Origin: Fonticula alba ATCC 38817
Lineage: Eukaryota > Protista > Nucleariida
NCBI GenBank assembly: GCA_000388065.2
Contig: KB932201.1
Direction: 5' to 3' (one strand)
Length of the DNA: 40,739 nucleotides
The translations under genes and the position numbers were made by a program. Shown piece after piece: positions 30,766 through 40,739 of the stretch (positions are counted from its first letter, which is position 1; each line of letters begins with the position of its first letter). Below the pieces are notes generated by a model. The model was not told the origin of the DNA and made no database searches. It saw nothing but the letters and a program-made list of their open reading frames with translations.

Positions 30766-32940
30766 ACTGGGCTTGTCCCTCGGTTTCCTGGTTTCCGCCT
30801 TTCCACTGATCTCCCCACCCGCCCCTCCTCGCGGGTCTCTCCCGCTCGCTCGCGATCGTGCTTAGAGCTCTCGTCTGGACGTGTCAAGTTGCTCTATTGC
30901 ACCCCGGAGATGATTACATCCAGTTCCTTCCTCGGGGAGATCCTCCTCAGCTTGTACAAGCGCAACCTGCTCGCCCGGTACGCCTGTTTTTTCTCTTTGT
31001 TTTGACTTCCCTCCCTGTGGCCCCTTTCTTGTCGCCCTTGCTGATGCCCGTCGCGCCAGCTTCGTCATCGATGAAGCCCACTGTGTTAGCCAGTGGGGAC
31101 ACGACTTCCGGCCGGATTATAAGAACCTCCAGCTTCGATCACGCTTCCCAAGTGTTCCGCTGCTGGCTCTGACCGCCACGGCCACCAAGCTGGTCCTTTG
31201 TACGATCATTCCATCCCTCCATCCCGGCCTTTTTTCCCCCGCGCGCACTTCTCAGGCACAATCTCCCTCCCTCCCTCCTTTTTCCTTTTCCCTTCTCTCT
31301 CTTTCTAATGCTCCGCTCCTGACCGTCCCCCCCCCCCCTCCCTTGCCCCCCCCTTGCCCCCCTTCCCCGGCTTGCGTGTCCACCTGGCTCCCGGCGCCCG
31401 TGCCAGCCGACGTCAAGACCCAGCTCAATCTCAATCTCAAAGCGGTCACACTGACGAGCTCCTTCAATCGCACAAACCTGGACTATTCGGTGGTGGCCAA
31501 GCCCCGACGGGCAGCCGACAGCATGCAGGAGGTGTACAACATCATCCGGCAGTCTTTCGCCGGGAAGTCCGGCATTGTCTACTGCCTGTCTAAGCGCGAA
31601 TGCGAAACCCTGGCCGAATTCCTGGTCAAGCAGCGCATTTCCGCCGCGGCTTACCACGCCGGCATGCCGAGCGACGAACGCAGTGCCATCCAATCCGGCT
31701 GGATGGCCAAGCGATACCAGGTCATCTGTGCCACAATTGCCTTCGGCATGGGTGCGTCGAGGCTCCTCCCGCCCCTCCCCTCTATTCCGCCCCTCGGCTG
31801 CCACTCATGCCTCCTGCACGCCCACCCCCTGCCAGGGATCGACATGCCGGATGTTCGCTTCGTCATTCATCACACCCTTCCCAAGTCTCTTGAGGGTTAC
31901 TACCAGGAGACCGGGCGCGCCGGGCGCGATGGCCTGCCCTCCAAGTGCATTCTCTTTTACAGCCTGGCGGACTCGAATAAGTTGCGCTCATTGATGATCA
32001 ACTCCCCGGACCAGCCCCTGTCGCCGGAGCAGCGTGAGGTGGCCAACAGCCTCCTGCTGCAGGTGGTCGATTTCTGCGAAGACCGCTCGGCATGCCGGCG
32101 TTCGCGGATCCTAGCCGTACGTGCTGTGTCTCGCCCCACGCGCACGCGCACGCGCACGCACACACGCGCGCACACACGCGCGCACACACGCACCCACAGA
32201 CCCGCGGCTACATGCCCTGATTGGTCCATCTCTCCCGCTCTCCCCCCCCCCCCCTGGGGGCCTTCCTGTCCTTCCGGGGACCGAACTGACCCTTCACCCG
32301 GCCATCCCTCTTCCTCACCTGCTGTCCCTCTATTTGGCCGGTTCCCGGCCTTCCGGTTCATTCTCCTCCCTCACACTTGGTCATGCAGTACTTCGATCAG
32401 ACATTCGATGCGGCCGAGTGCCAGAAGACCTGCGATAACTGCCGATCCACCGAGACCTTCGTGACCATTGACCTTACCGAGGTCGCTGTGACAGTGCTAA
32501 GTACTGGTGCGTCACACCGGATTCCCCAACTGGCATGCACATGTCCATCCTCCTCCTCCTCCTCCTCCTCCTCCTCCCCCCTCCATCATCTCTCTCTGTC
32601 TCTCCTGACCTCGACCCGCTCGCATGCCCACACTTGCACATTCATCCACACAGTACGGGCCAATCCCGGGAAATTCACCATCATCCAATTGGCCTCCGAG
32701 GTGTCGAAGCAGCAGGGCGGTCCTTCCAGCATTACTCGCAACGAGTATGAACGCCTCATTTGTCGGATGATCTTCCTGGATGCTCTTTCCGAGCAAACCA
32801 AGTCCAACTTCCGCCGGCCCAGCCACGCCCCCCCCTCGTCGTACCTGTACTCCGGGCCCAAGGCCCGGTTACTGGAGCAGAAGCAGCTGCCCATCGTGCT
32901 GAATATGCCGAGCCGATCTGCTCGAGGGAGGAGGTCCTGA
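29372..32940 (+). CDS. RecQ-family DNA helicase (Sgs1/BLM/RECQ1-like) with RQC domain, no HRDC (760 aa)
   Basis: Exons 29372-29835, 29976-30357, 30547-30700, 30866-30977, 31060-31199, 31407-31751, 31836-32116, 32389-32506, 32654-32940 total 2283 nt. Motifs: [65 protein letters not shown], and the Zn region C..CRR...C..TCDNC. Confidence 0.95.
30376..30482. repeat. CT-rich (CTCTCC-type) low-complexity tract in RecQ intron 2
   Basis: Uninterrupted pyrimidine tract read directly. Confidence 0.85.
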
Positions 32941-35900
32941 CCCGTGACATTCCCCGCCCCCGGATCACGCCCCTGATACGGAAAATAGAACCATAGATTG
33001 GCACTCCATTGGCTTTTGCGAGCGACCTTTATACATTCACTGGGCGATACACGCCACTCTTCTGATTCTGACAAGGGGGATGAAGGCGGGGGCCCCCTAT
33101 TATCAGCCAGTCGTCCGGCGGCCCGCGCTCCGGTCCGGGCCTCCCCCCGGAGGGCGGTGCTGGCGGGGGCCGGGGCGCACCGAGGGGATCTGGGCGGCTC
33201 CGGTGGCGAGCTCGGGGGAGGGGGGGGGGAGGGTTTTCCGGCGGGCGGACCCGAGCACATTCCTGGGACCAGTAAGTTCCCCACAAATCGGCCCCAGGCG
33301 CCGCGCATTCCTGCCTTTCACTCATTCTGCACCATTGTCTTTTCCTGTGGCTGCCTCCTTTCGGCGGGCGCGCGGGACTGGCCCGGGGGCATCGGGGGTG
33401 GGGGGAGGCTCGGTCCTGCATTGGTGCTCTTCCGAGTACGGTCTGCGGGCGTGTGTGCTCTCTCTCTCTCTCTCTCTCTCTCGGGGGCGAGGCTGGGTCA
33501 GTCGGCCCCGGCAGGGGCACCAGCCAGGGGTAAACCCTGGGAGCCAGCATTTCCCGTATCTCGGCCTGCGGAACCGTGCGGGGGGCGGTGGGCGTGGGGC
33601 AGTCTTGCGGGGGGGGAGGGGGGGCGCGGTTGCCGGCGCCTGTGCTCTTATTTTTTCCCCTCCCCCGCTGGCCGGGTGCTGGCTTGGAAAGCGGGGGGCT
33701 CAACAGTCGCACCGAGGGAACACGGTTGGTGGATATGCCGCCCGGACCGGGGGTCGCATCCCGCTCCCAGGGGCCCCGAGACGGGGCAATGCCGCGCGAG
33801 CGCGCTCGGGACAGCAACCCGGCCAATCTTGCTTCATTCCCTCACACCCGGCTCCCTATCTCCGTTGGAATCCTAATCAAGATAATTCGGCGCGCGCACT
33901 CTGCGGGGCTCACCTTGAGACCGGCGCGGGGGAGGGCTCCCCTGCGCTTGCTGGGGGGACCTGGCCCGGGGGCGCTCCGCAGGGGGGGGGGGCGGTGGTC
34001 CTTTGGACCCGGCTCGGCGTACACGGGGCGAGGCGCGCCCTTGCGACCTCCACCCCTCGGGCTGACCCCGCGCATAGGCGACCCAGTATCGACTACGTGC
34101 GGCGTGCCACTGGCGGAGGGGTTCCCCCACCTCCCCCGAGCCGCGGTCACCGGGTCTCCTTTATCGCCGTGGCGATCTCGCCCCGCGTTCGGGGCCTCTG
34201 CCGCGCAGCAACAGGCGCCCGGTAGCCTGCCCCGAGCCGCGGCCCGGAGGCACAGGTCCCCCCGCCTCCTGAGGCGTGTTATCTGTTGCCCCCGCCGGCT
34301 CTGGGTGTGCGTGTGTGTCGCCGCCCGGCAACAGACCGCCCCTTCTCCCCCAGGGGAAACCCGAATCCCAGGCACTCGCCTGGTATGGCGGGGGGAGACC
34401 CGGCGAGAGCGGAGGCCGAGGGGGAGTGCCCGGAAAAAGACACACACACACACACACACACACGCAGAAGGGGGTATGGCTGGGCTGGGGAGGGGATCGT
34501 GTGAGCCGCGTCCCCGGCCACCAGTACCAACGGCACGCCCCTGTCCGAGCATCTGGAGGACTTTTTTTTTTAAGATATCACCCCCCCCCCAGCGTGCAGC
34601 CCGCCCCAACCACCCCCTGCCGGTCCCTGCCGCCCCTTCTTGCCTGCTCTCCCGCCGCGCCTCCTCTATCTCTCCCTTGCTTCTTGCTCCTACCCGCGCG
34701 ACAGCCGCCCCCGCATCACCGCCGGGCCGCCCTACCCACTACCCACCCCGACCTCACACCTCCATCTCCGTAATCTTATCTGATTTTCCATGTACGTCAC
34801 TCGCCGCGGCCTGGCTCGGCCTCACTGGGCTCCCCCCCCCCCCCCACCCCCCCCCCCCCTCACACCTCCTCCCCCTGCCTCAGAATGCGTGCATACGCAT
34901 GCGCATGTGTATGTGTGTATGTGTGTCTGTCCGGCTCCCTCTTCGGAGCTGCCCGGCTGGGCGCCGCCCGTGCCCGTGCGGGGGCGCGGTGCGATGGACC
35001 TCTCCTCTCCCCACCCTCTCTCCCTCCCCTCCCCCCCCCTGGCAAGACCCCGCCCCCTCCCCATTCTGCTCCTCTGTGCCTCCCTTCACCCACTCCCTGT
35101 TTCCCCTCCCCAGCGGGGCCACCAAAACCCCCTTGCGCGTGCCACCCCCCCCCCCCCCCCCCCCGGTCGCCTCCCCCCTTGCCTCCTCCTTATCCCTCCT
35201 CTTGCCTCCTTTTGCCTTTCCTCCCTTGTCAGATATTTATTTGAGTGCCCCTCGTCCCTGGCTGCTCCTGTCTGCAAATGACGCTATAGCCTCTGTTTCA
35301 TCCCTACCTGCCTATTCCTCCCTCCCTCTCTCTCCCCCCCCTCATCTCCGCTCCACATCCCCCTGTGCACGGATAGAAGCATCACCATCCCCCCCTGTCG
35401 GCCCCTCCCTTCCTCCTCCCCCTTCCTCCAAAGCCCGGATCTGGCTGCGCACACGTGAGAGAAAGACCCACACATACAGACACACACACAGACGTAGGCC
35501 TGCTCGGCGCGTCACTCCCCTCCCTCTTGCTCCCCCTCTCTGTCCTGGTACATCCCCCTCCCCTCGCCCCCTCTCCCTCCCTCTCTGTCTGTCTCTGTCT
35601 CTCTTGCACTTGTTTGATTGGATCTGTGTCTTCCCTCCTTCGCGGCTGCCAGATCCCCCGCCCTTCCTTCTCTTTTCCCCTTGTCAGCCTCTTGTCTCCC
35701 CTCGCGCCCATGCGCTCTCTCGCCTCTTTGTTCATCCCTCCGCGCGCGCACGCGCCCCGCCTTCCCTGTTTGTCAGTGTCGCGCCTTCTGCCCCACTAAC
35801 CACGCCCCCCTCCCCGCTCCCTCCCTCCCTCCTTCCCTCCCTCCCTCTCTCTTCCCCCCCCCCACATCTCCCCCTTTCTCCCCATCCTTCCCCAGTGTTT

Positions 35901-35956
35901 GTCCGGTCTCCCTTCTCCCTCCCTTCCCACCGCCTGACGCAGCCGTGCGCCCAGCC

Positions 35957-38523
35957 ATGACCGTCAGCGCCCCCCCGACAACCAGAAGCCCCGACCTGGG
36001 CAGCAGCTCCCCCCAGGCGCCCCCCTCGCGCGAGCGAGTCAAGCACCTGGCTGGGAAGCTGTTCGATGATCCGGCCCAGGCCGGGTCGCCGACCGGCGGT
36101 GGGTCCCCCGGCAGTGCCAATGTCGCCGGCACGCACTCGCCGTCGGCCCTGCATGCGCGCGAGCGCGAGGCCGTCTCCTCGACCGCCCGCAGTGCCATGA
36201 AGTTCTGGCAGACGGCCGGCACGTCGGCCGACAATTCCCCCCTGCCGCCGGTGACCCCGGGTGGGGGGGATTCCGTGCCGCCCTCCCCCTCCTCCGGGCG
36301 CCTGGCCGCCCTGACCGCGGCCTTCGAGAATCCCTCGCCCTCCTCCTCTCCCTCTGCGCGCCGTGCCCCGGCCGCCGGGTCCCTGGTGTCGGTGGCCACT
36401 CTGTCGGCCTCCTTCTCGCCGGTGTCCCTGCCGCTGGATGGCGCTGCCGGGGCCGGAGCCCGGGCCACCACGCCGACCACGCCCTCCGGCGGGTCGACAT
36501 CGGGCGCCATGCCGATGGAACGGTCTTCCTCGCAGCGGGCCTCCCGCCGGAACCTTCCCTCCAGCATTGTCACCTCATCGTCGGATGTGGATGCTGCTGC
36601 TGCTGCTGCCGGGGTCAGCGGGGTGCCGCACACTCCCCGCTCGGCGCAGGCCAGTCACCCTCCGACGCCCTTCTCGGCCTCGGCCGCCACTGCCACCGAC
36701 AGTGGTTCTTCCCGTCGCCCTGTGACGCCGGTGGCGGTGGCAGAGGCCCCGCACGAATCCTTCGCCGCTGCCACCACCCGCCGGCGGACCTCCTCGTCGG
36801 CCTCCTATTCCTCCATCTCCTCCTCCTCCTCCATCTCCTCCTCCTCCTCTTCCTCCTCCTCCTCCTCCTCCTCTGCGGCCCGTGGCCCCTCCAACTCTTC
36901 GCTCACCTCCTCCTCCCATGGGTCCTCCTCCACCAACTCGGCGACTTCCGACCGCGCGCGTGCTCGCCGCGAACGCTCTCGCCGCCCGCCCCTGCTGGTC
37001 AATGGCGTCCCGGCCTCCGGCCGCGAAAACCCCGATGGCTCCCTGTCGCACGAAGCCGCCGCCATGTGCCTTGGCATTTCCAACCTGCCCAACCAGCGCC
37101 ACAGGCGCGTGGCCAAGAAGGGCGCCCACCTGACCATGGTGCTCGTCGGTGCGTAGCCGGTCATGGCGCATCCCCGTCCCTCGTTCTCCCTTTGCTCGTC
37201 CCCCCTCCCCCCTCCTTCTCCTCTTGGGGTCATCCCATGGAGCCATCTGCGCTTTTCCCCGCCACCGCCCTTGCGGCCGATGATGCTGATCCTTTGTGCC
37301 TCTCTTCTCCCTCTTTCCCCCCATCGACCGGCGAATCCTTTCGCCGGTCTGCGGATGCCCTTGTGTGTCTCTGTGATGCGATGCCCGTGTGTGTCTCTGT
37401 GATGCGATGCACTTGTGGGTGCCTCGCCTCGCCGCCTCCCTCCCTCTTCCTGTCTCTCTCTCTCTCTCTCTCTCTCTCCTCCTTCCAGGCCCCTCCGGTG
37501 TTGGCAAGTCCACCTTCATCAACACCCTCTTCTCCACGCACCTGATGACCCGTGACCACTCGCAGCGCCACAAGAAGGCCACCCTGCCGGCGGTGGCCGA
37601 GGGCGACGAGGCGGCCCCCGAGGCCGAGGCCGCCACCAACATGCTGACCATCATCGATGCGGACTTCATCGAGCGCAACTTCGACCTGCGCCTGACCCTG
37701 ATCGACACCCCGGGGTTTGCGGATCAGATCGACAACACCTCCAGCTGGGACCCGATCGTCCGGCATCTGGAGAGCCAGCTCGAGGGCTACCTGCATGATG
37801 AGCTGCTGGCCGACCGGAGCGGGCTGACCGACAACCGTGTGCACCTGTGCCTGTACTTCATTGAGCCACACTCGCATCACCGTGAGAACAACATCGCCCG
37901 CGAGGACACCGCCTCCGAGGCCAGCGACAGCGAGGAGTCCCTCGCCGCGGCGGCCCAGGCGGCCGGCGGCCTGGCATCCACCGAGACCGGTGGCCTTTCT
38001 CTGCTGGACATTGTGTCCATGCGCAAGATCGGCCAGCTGACCAACCTGGTGCCGGTTATCGCCAAGGCCGACACCCTGACCCCGAGCGAGCTGGCCTCGC
38101 TGAAGGACCGCATCCGCCAGCAGATCGCCGCGTACGACATCCCGGTGTACCGTCCCCCGCCGTCGGATGACGAGGAGGCTTCGGACTCGGCCGAGACCGA
38201 TCCGATCCCCTTCGCGGTCATCTGCTCGGAGGAGTTTGTCGATCTGCCGGACGGCCGGTCCGTTCGTGGCCGGAAGTATGCCTGGGGTGTGGCTGAGGTT
38301 GACAACCCCGAGCATTGCGATTTCGATCGCCTGCGTTCGCTGCTGCTGCGGTGCGTGTGCTTGTGCCTGTGCCTGTGCCTGTTGTGTGGGCGTTCTTCCG
38401 TTGCATTCTCTCCCCCTCTGCCTTTCTTTCTCTCCTCCTGCTTCCCCCCCATGGTCGTCTCTTCTCTGTTGTTGTGGCGTTTTTCTGATTCCCTTCTCGC
38501 GACATGTGCTCCCTCCTCCTTCC

Positions 38524-38558
<35 letters not shown>

Positions 38559-38976
38559 TTGTTGCCCACTGCTCCTCCGGTGTGGCACGATGTTGATCCA
38601 TGGCTCATCCCCCTCCGTCCTGGCACACAGCACCCACCTCTTTGACATCATCCACCGCACGGAGGTCATCCACTACGAGCGCTTCCGCAACCAGGCCCTG
38701 CTGAAGCTGAATGTCCAGCCGGGGAAGACCCTGGAGGAGTCGCTCGAGGCGTACAACAGCGACATCAATGACCGCGAGCATCAGATCAGCCTCGAGTTCA
38801 GCACTCGCTCGGACAGCGTCCGCTCGGATTTCGAGATCAAGAAGAACAGCATCATCGAGGAGATCAAGCGCCTGACCGCGGCCGAGTCCATGCAGCATGC
38901 CACCATCGCCGACCTCGAGTCCCAGATGGGCCAGCTGGTGGAGAAGTACAACGCCATCGCCCTGAAGAAGAAGTAA
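35957..38976 (+). CDS. Septin GTPase with ~370-aa Ser/Pro-rich N-terminal extension and C-terminal coiled coil (799 aa)
   Basis: Exons 35957-37148, 37489-38350, 38631-38976 total 2400 nt. Motifs: GISNLPNQRHRRVAKKG (polybasic), G1 GPSGVGKST, G3 DTPGF, RVHLCLYFI, G4 AKAD, septin unique element RGRKYAWGVAEVDNPEHCDF, HYERFR. Confidence 0.95.
37362..37410. repeat. 26-bp period tandem duplication (23-nt core TGTGTGTCTCTGTGATGCGATGC x2) in septin intron 1
   Basis: Identical cores at 37362-37384 and 37388-37410. Confidence 0.9.
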
Positions 38977-39976
38977 GCGGCGTGCGGCTGTGCGCGTGTG
39001 CGCTCGCAAGCGGTGAAAGAGATGGCAGAACCGGGGGGCGGGCATGAGAAAGAGCGAAGGCACCGCCGTCGTGTCATATCATCTCCCAGGCGCCCACCAG
39101 GGCGAGGGGGAAGGCCAGAGAGCCAGAGAGAGTGCGAGAGAGAGAGAGAGAGAGAGAGAAAGACCCCCGGCGGGGGATGCAAGGTGATGGATGCGTCCCG
39201 AGGGACAGGGAAGCCCCCCGTCCCTCGACCATCTTCCGCCTTGTTCTCTCTCCTCCTTCCTCCGATGGAGAGGGGTCCATCTCCTCCCCACTCTTCCTGG
39301 CCTTCCTTCCTGCCTCTCTCGCTGTCTTCCTTCCTGCCTCTTCGTGCGCGCGCCATCGCTCTTTCCTCTCCCTCATTCTCCAGGGCTCTTCGCATGTGCG
39401 AGCCTCCGGGGATGCGGGCCAGGCAAGTTTGCCGTTGGCTTTCCGCCTCCCTGTTCCCCCTGCCATATTCCCCCCCTCCCTCCCGACAACCGCCCGAAAA
39501 CATGTACATTTTTCCCTCCCCTCTTTCCTCCCCCCTGTTCCCTCTCGTTCTATTTCACAACTCTAGCGCTGCAGGCACACATTTGCCCCCCTTCCCTTTC
39601 TCCCTCTCCTACCTTTCCCTTTCCTCTGCTTGGCGCTTGTAATTTTATAAAATCCCTGATAATTTCTCCTGCTTCTTGTGTGAGTATGCCCCTTGTGAGA
39701 ATATCTCTCTCCCTCTTTCCTCTCCTCTCCCTCTGTGCTTGCCTGTTGTGTGTCGGTACATTTGTGCCTTCTGTATTTTCCAGCACACCTGTGTCCATCC
39801 ACATGTGTCCGATGGAAAAGCGGCAAGGAGGGGGGGGGGGGGCGGGCTAGAGAAAAGCGTTGACCGCCCGTGAAATCCCTCCCCCATTCGCCACCTCCCG
39901 GAAAAAAACGAGAACGAGTGCCGGACATGATGTGAGGAGCCCAGCTGTGGCGAAACTGTGTCAGACAGCACATGGA

Positions 39977-39982
39977 GCGCGC

Positions 39983-40026
<44 letters not shown>

Positions 40027-40047
40027 ATACGCGCGTGCACATGTGTG
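39977..40047. repeat. 71-bp uninterrupted alternating purine-pyrimidine tract, (GC)10(GT)14 plus mixed; Z-DNA-prone
   Basis: Read directly between the septin and PP1 stops. Confidence 0.9.
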
Positions 40048-40378
40048 GGGGCGGATAGATGGGTGCACATGCAAGGGTAAAAGAAATGTGGGTGTATGAT
40101 ACAGAAGGGGAGCATGGGAGGGAGGCAGCTGAGAGTGCGTGTGTATGCCTGCGCGTGTGCATGTGTGCATGCGTGCGTGTGTGTTTGTGTATGTGAGCCA
40201 CTGGGAGGAGGAAGAGAGGAGGCGCGTGAGAACCCCGCACAGGGTGTCCGTCTTCAGGCCGCTCTCTCGTGTTTTTTTTTCTCCCCACGCTCCCCGGTGT
40301 CCCGTACTTCCCCCGACGCTCTGGGGCGTGCACTGGGCCCCGGCGAAGGGGAAGAGGCGGACGCGTGGGCACACAACA

Positions 40379-40739
40379 TTAGCGGCGGCGCTGCTGATCG
40401 CCAGCCTGGGCGGCCCCGGCGGCCCCGGCAGCGGCCCCGGGATGCGCGTAGCGCTGCTTCTTCTCGGCCGGCTTGAGGATCTGGAAGGAGCAGAGCAGGC
40501 TCTCATCGATGCTCATCATGGCACCGGCATTGTCGAACTCCCCGCAGTAGTTCGGCGCCGAGAAGAGCGTCACCAGTTGCCGGCGGGCGAAAAACTCGTA
40601 GCCATCCTCGACCACCTGATGCGCGCGGCAGATGAGGTCCATGTCATGGCGGGCCAGGAACTTGGCCACCACGTCCGGGCCGAAGGTGAAGGATACACCA
40701 CGCTCATTCTCGCCCCAGTTCTGGGTGTCCTTATCGGGG
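40379..40739 (-). CDS. PPP1C: Serine/threonine protein phosphatase PP1 catalytic subunit, 3' part (gene continues beyond window)
   Basis: Translation [29 protein letters not shown]...[61 protein letters not shown] carries the diagnostic PP1 SAPNYCGEF motif. Stop TAA at 40381-40379. Confidence 0.97.
   Translation of the reverse strand, partial: PDKDTQNWGENERGVSFTFGPDVVAKFLARHDMDLICRAHQVVEDGYEFFARRQLVTLFSAPNYCGEFDNAGAMMSIDESLLCSFQILKPAEKKQRYAHPGAAAGAAGAAQAGDQQRRR

Noticed and set aside
33576-35960. 794-aa ORF upstream of the septin, and the 500-650-aa ORFs around 25393-28791
   Set aside because: Translations of poly-C and microsatellites (some across Ns). Stop codons are rare at this GC content and there are no recognisable domains.
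1-40739. tRNA, rRNA, snRNA, CRISPR arrays, transposons, telomeric repeats
   Set aside because: By eye I found no A/B-box cloverleaf, U1/U2/U6 hallmark, repeat-spacer array, transposase/RT ORF or TIR/LTR pair. A covariance-model scan would be needed to exclude divergent ncRNAs.

Overview
GC-rich, intron-rich eukaryotic genomic DNA with four N gaps, many poly-C/G runs and many microsatellites. It is opisthokont-like, carrying a septin, an Rkm3/SETD6-type methyltransferase and an Sgs1/BLM-type helicase. The overall style suggests an amoeboid relative of fungi such as Fonticula, which is an inference only. Manual splicing with GT-AG junctions and frame checks gives nine protein-coding genes, oriented + - + - + - + + -: (1) a 5'-partial helical protein with a degenerate C-terminal RING-like motif, (2) a SET-domain lysine methyltransferase, (3) a THH1/TOM1/GPR137-like multi-pass membrane protein, (4) signal peptidase subunit SPCS2, (5) a B3GNTL1/QTGAL-like GT2 glycosyltransferase, (6) an ankyrin-RhoGAP-DEP protein, (7) a RecQ helicase, (8) a septin with a long disordered N-terminus and (9) the 3' part of a PP1 catalytic subunit. 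I found no tRNA, rRNA, CRISPR array or transposon. The most notable signals are: a splice-donor consensus GTRCGY (38 of 42 inferred donors have C at +4 and none has A); a one-base frame discontinuity in gene 1 that sits on a perfect T_TTC_CCC slippery heptamer; an SPCS2 intron whose 3' end is a (CCG)n tract with an apparently distant branch point; an apparent queuosine-galactosyltransferase orthologue outside animals; and the ANK-RhoGAP-DEP domain order. All gene models and family assignments come from reading the sequence and recalling motifs. No database search was run.
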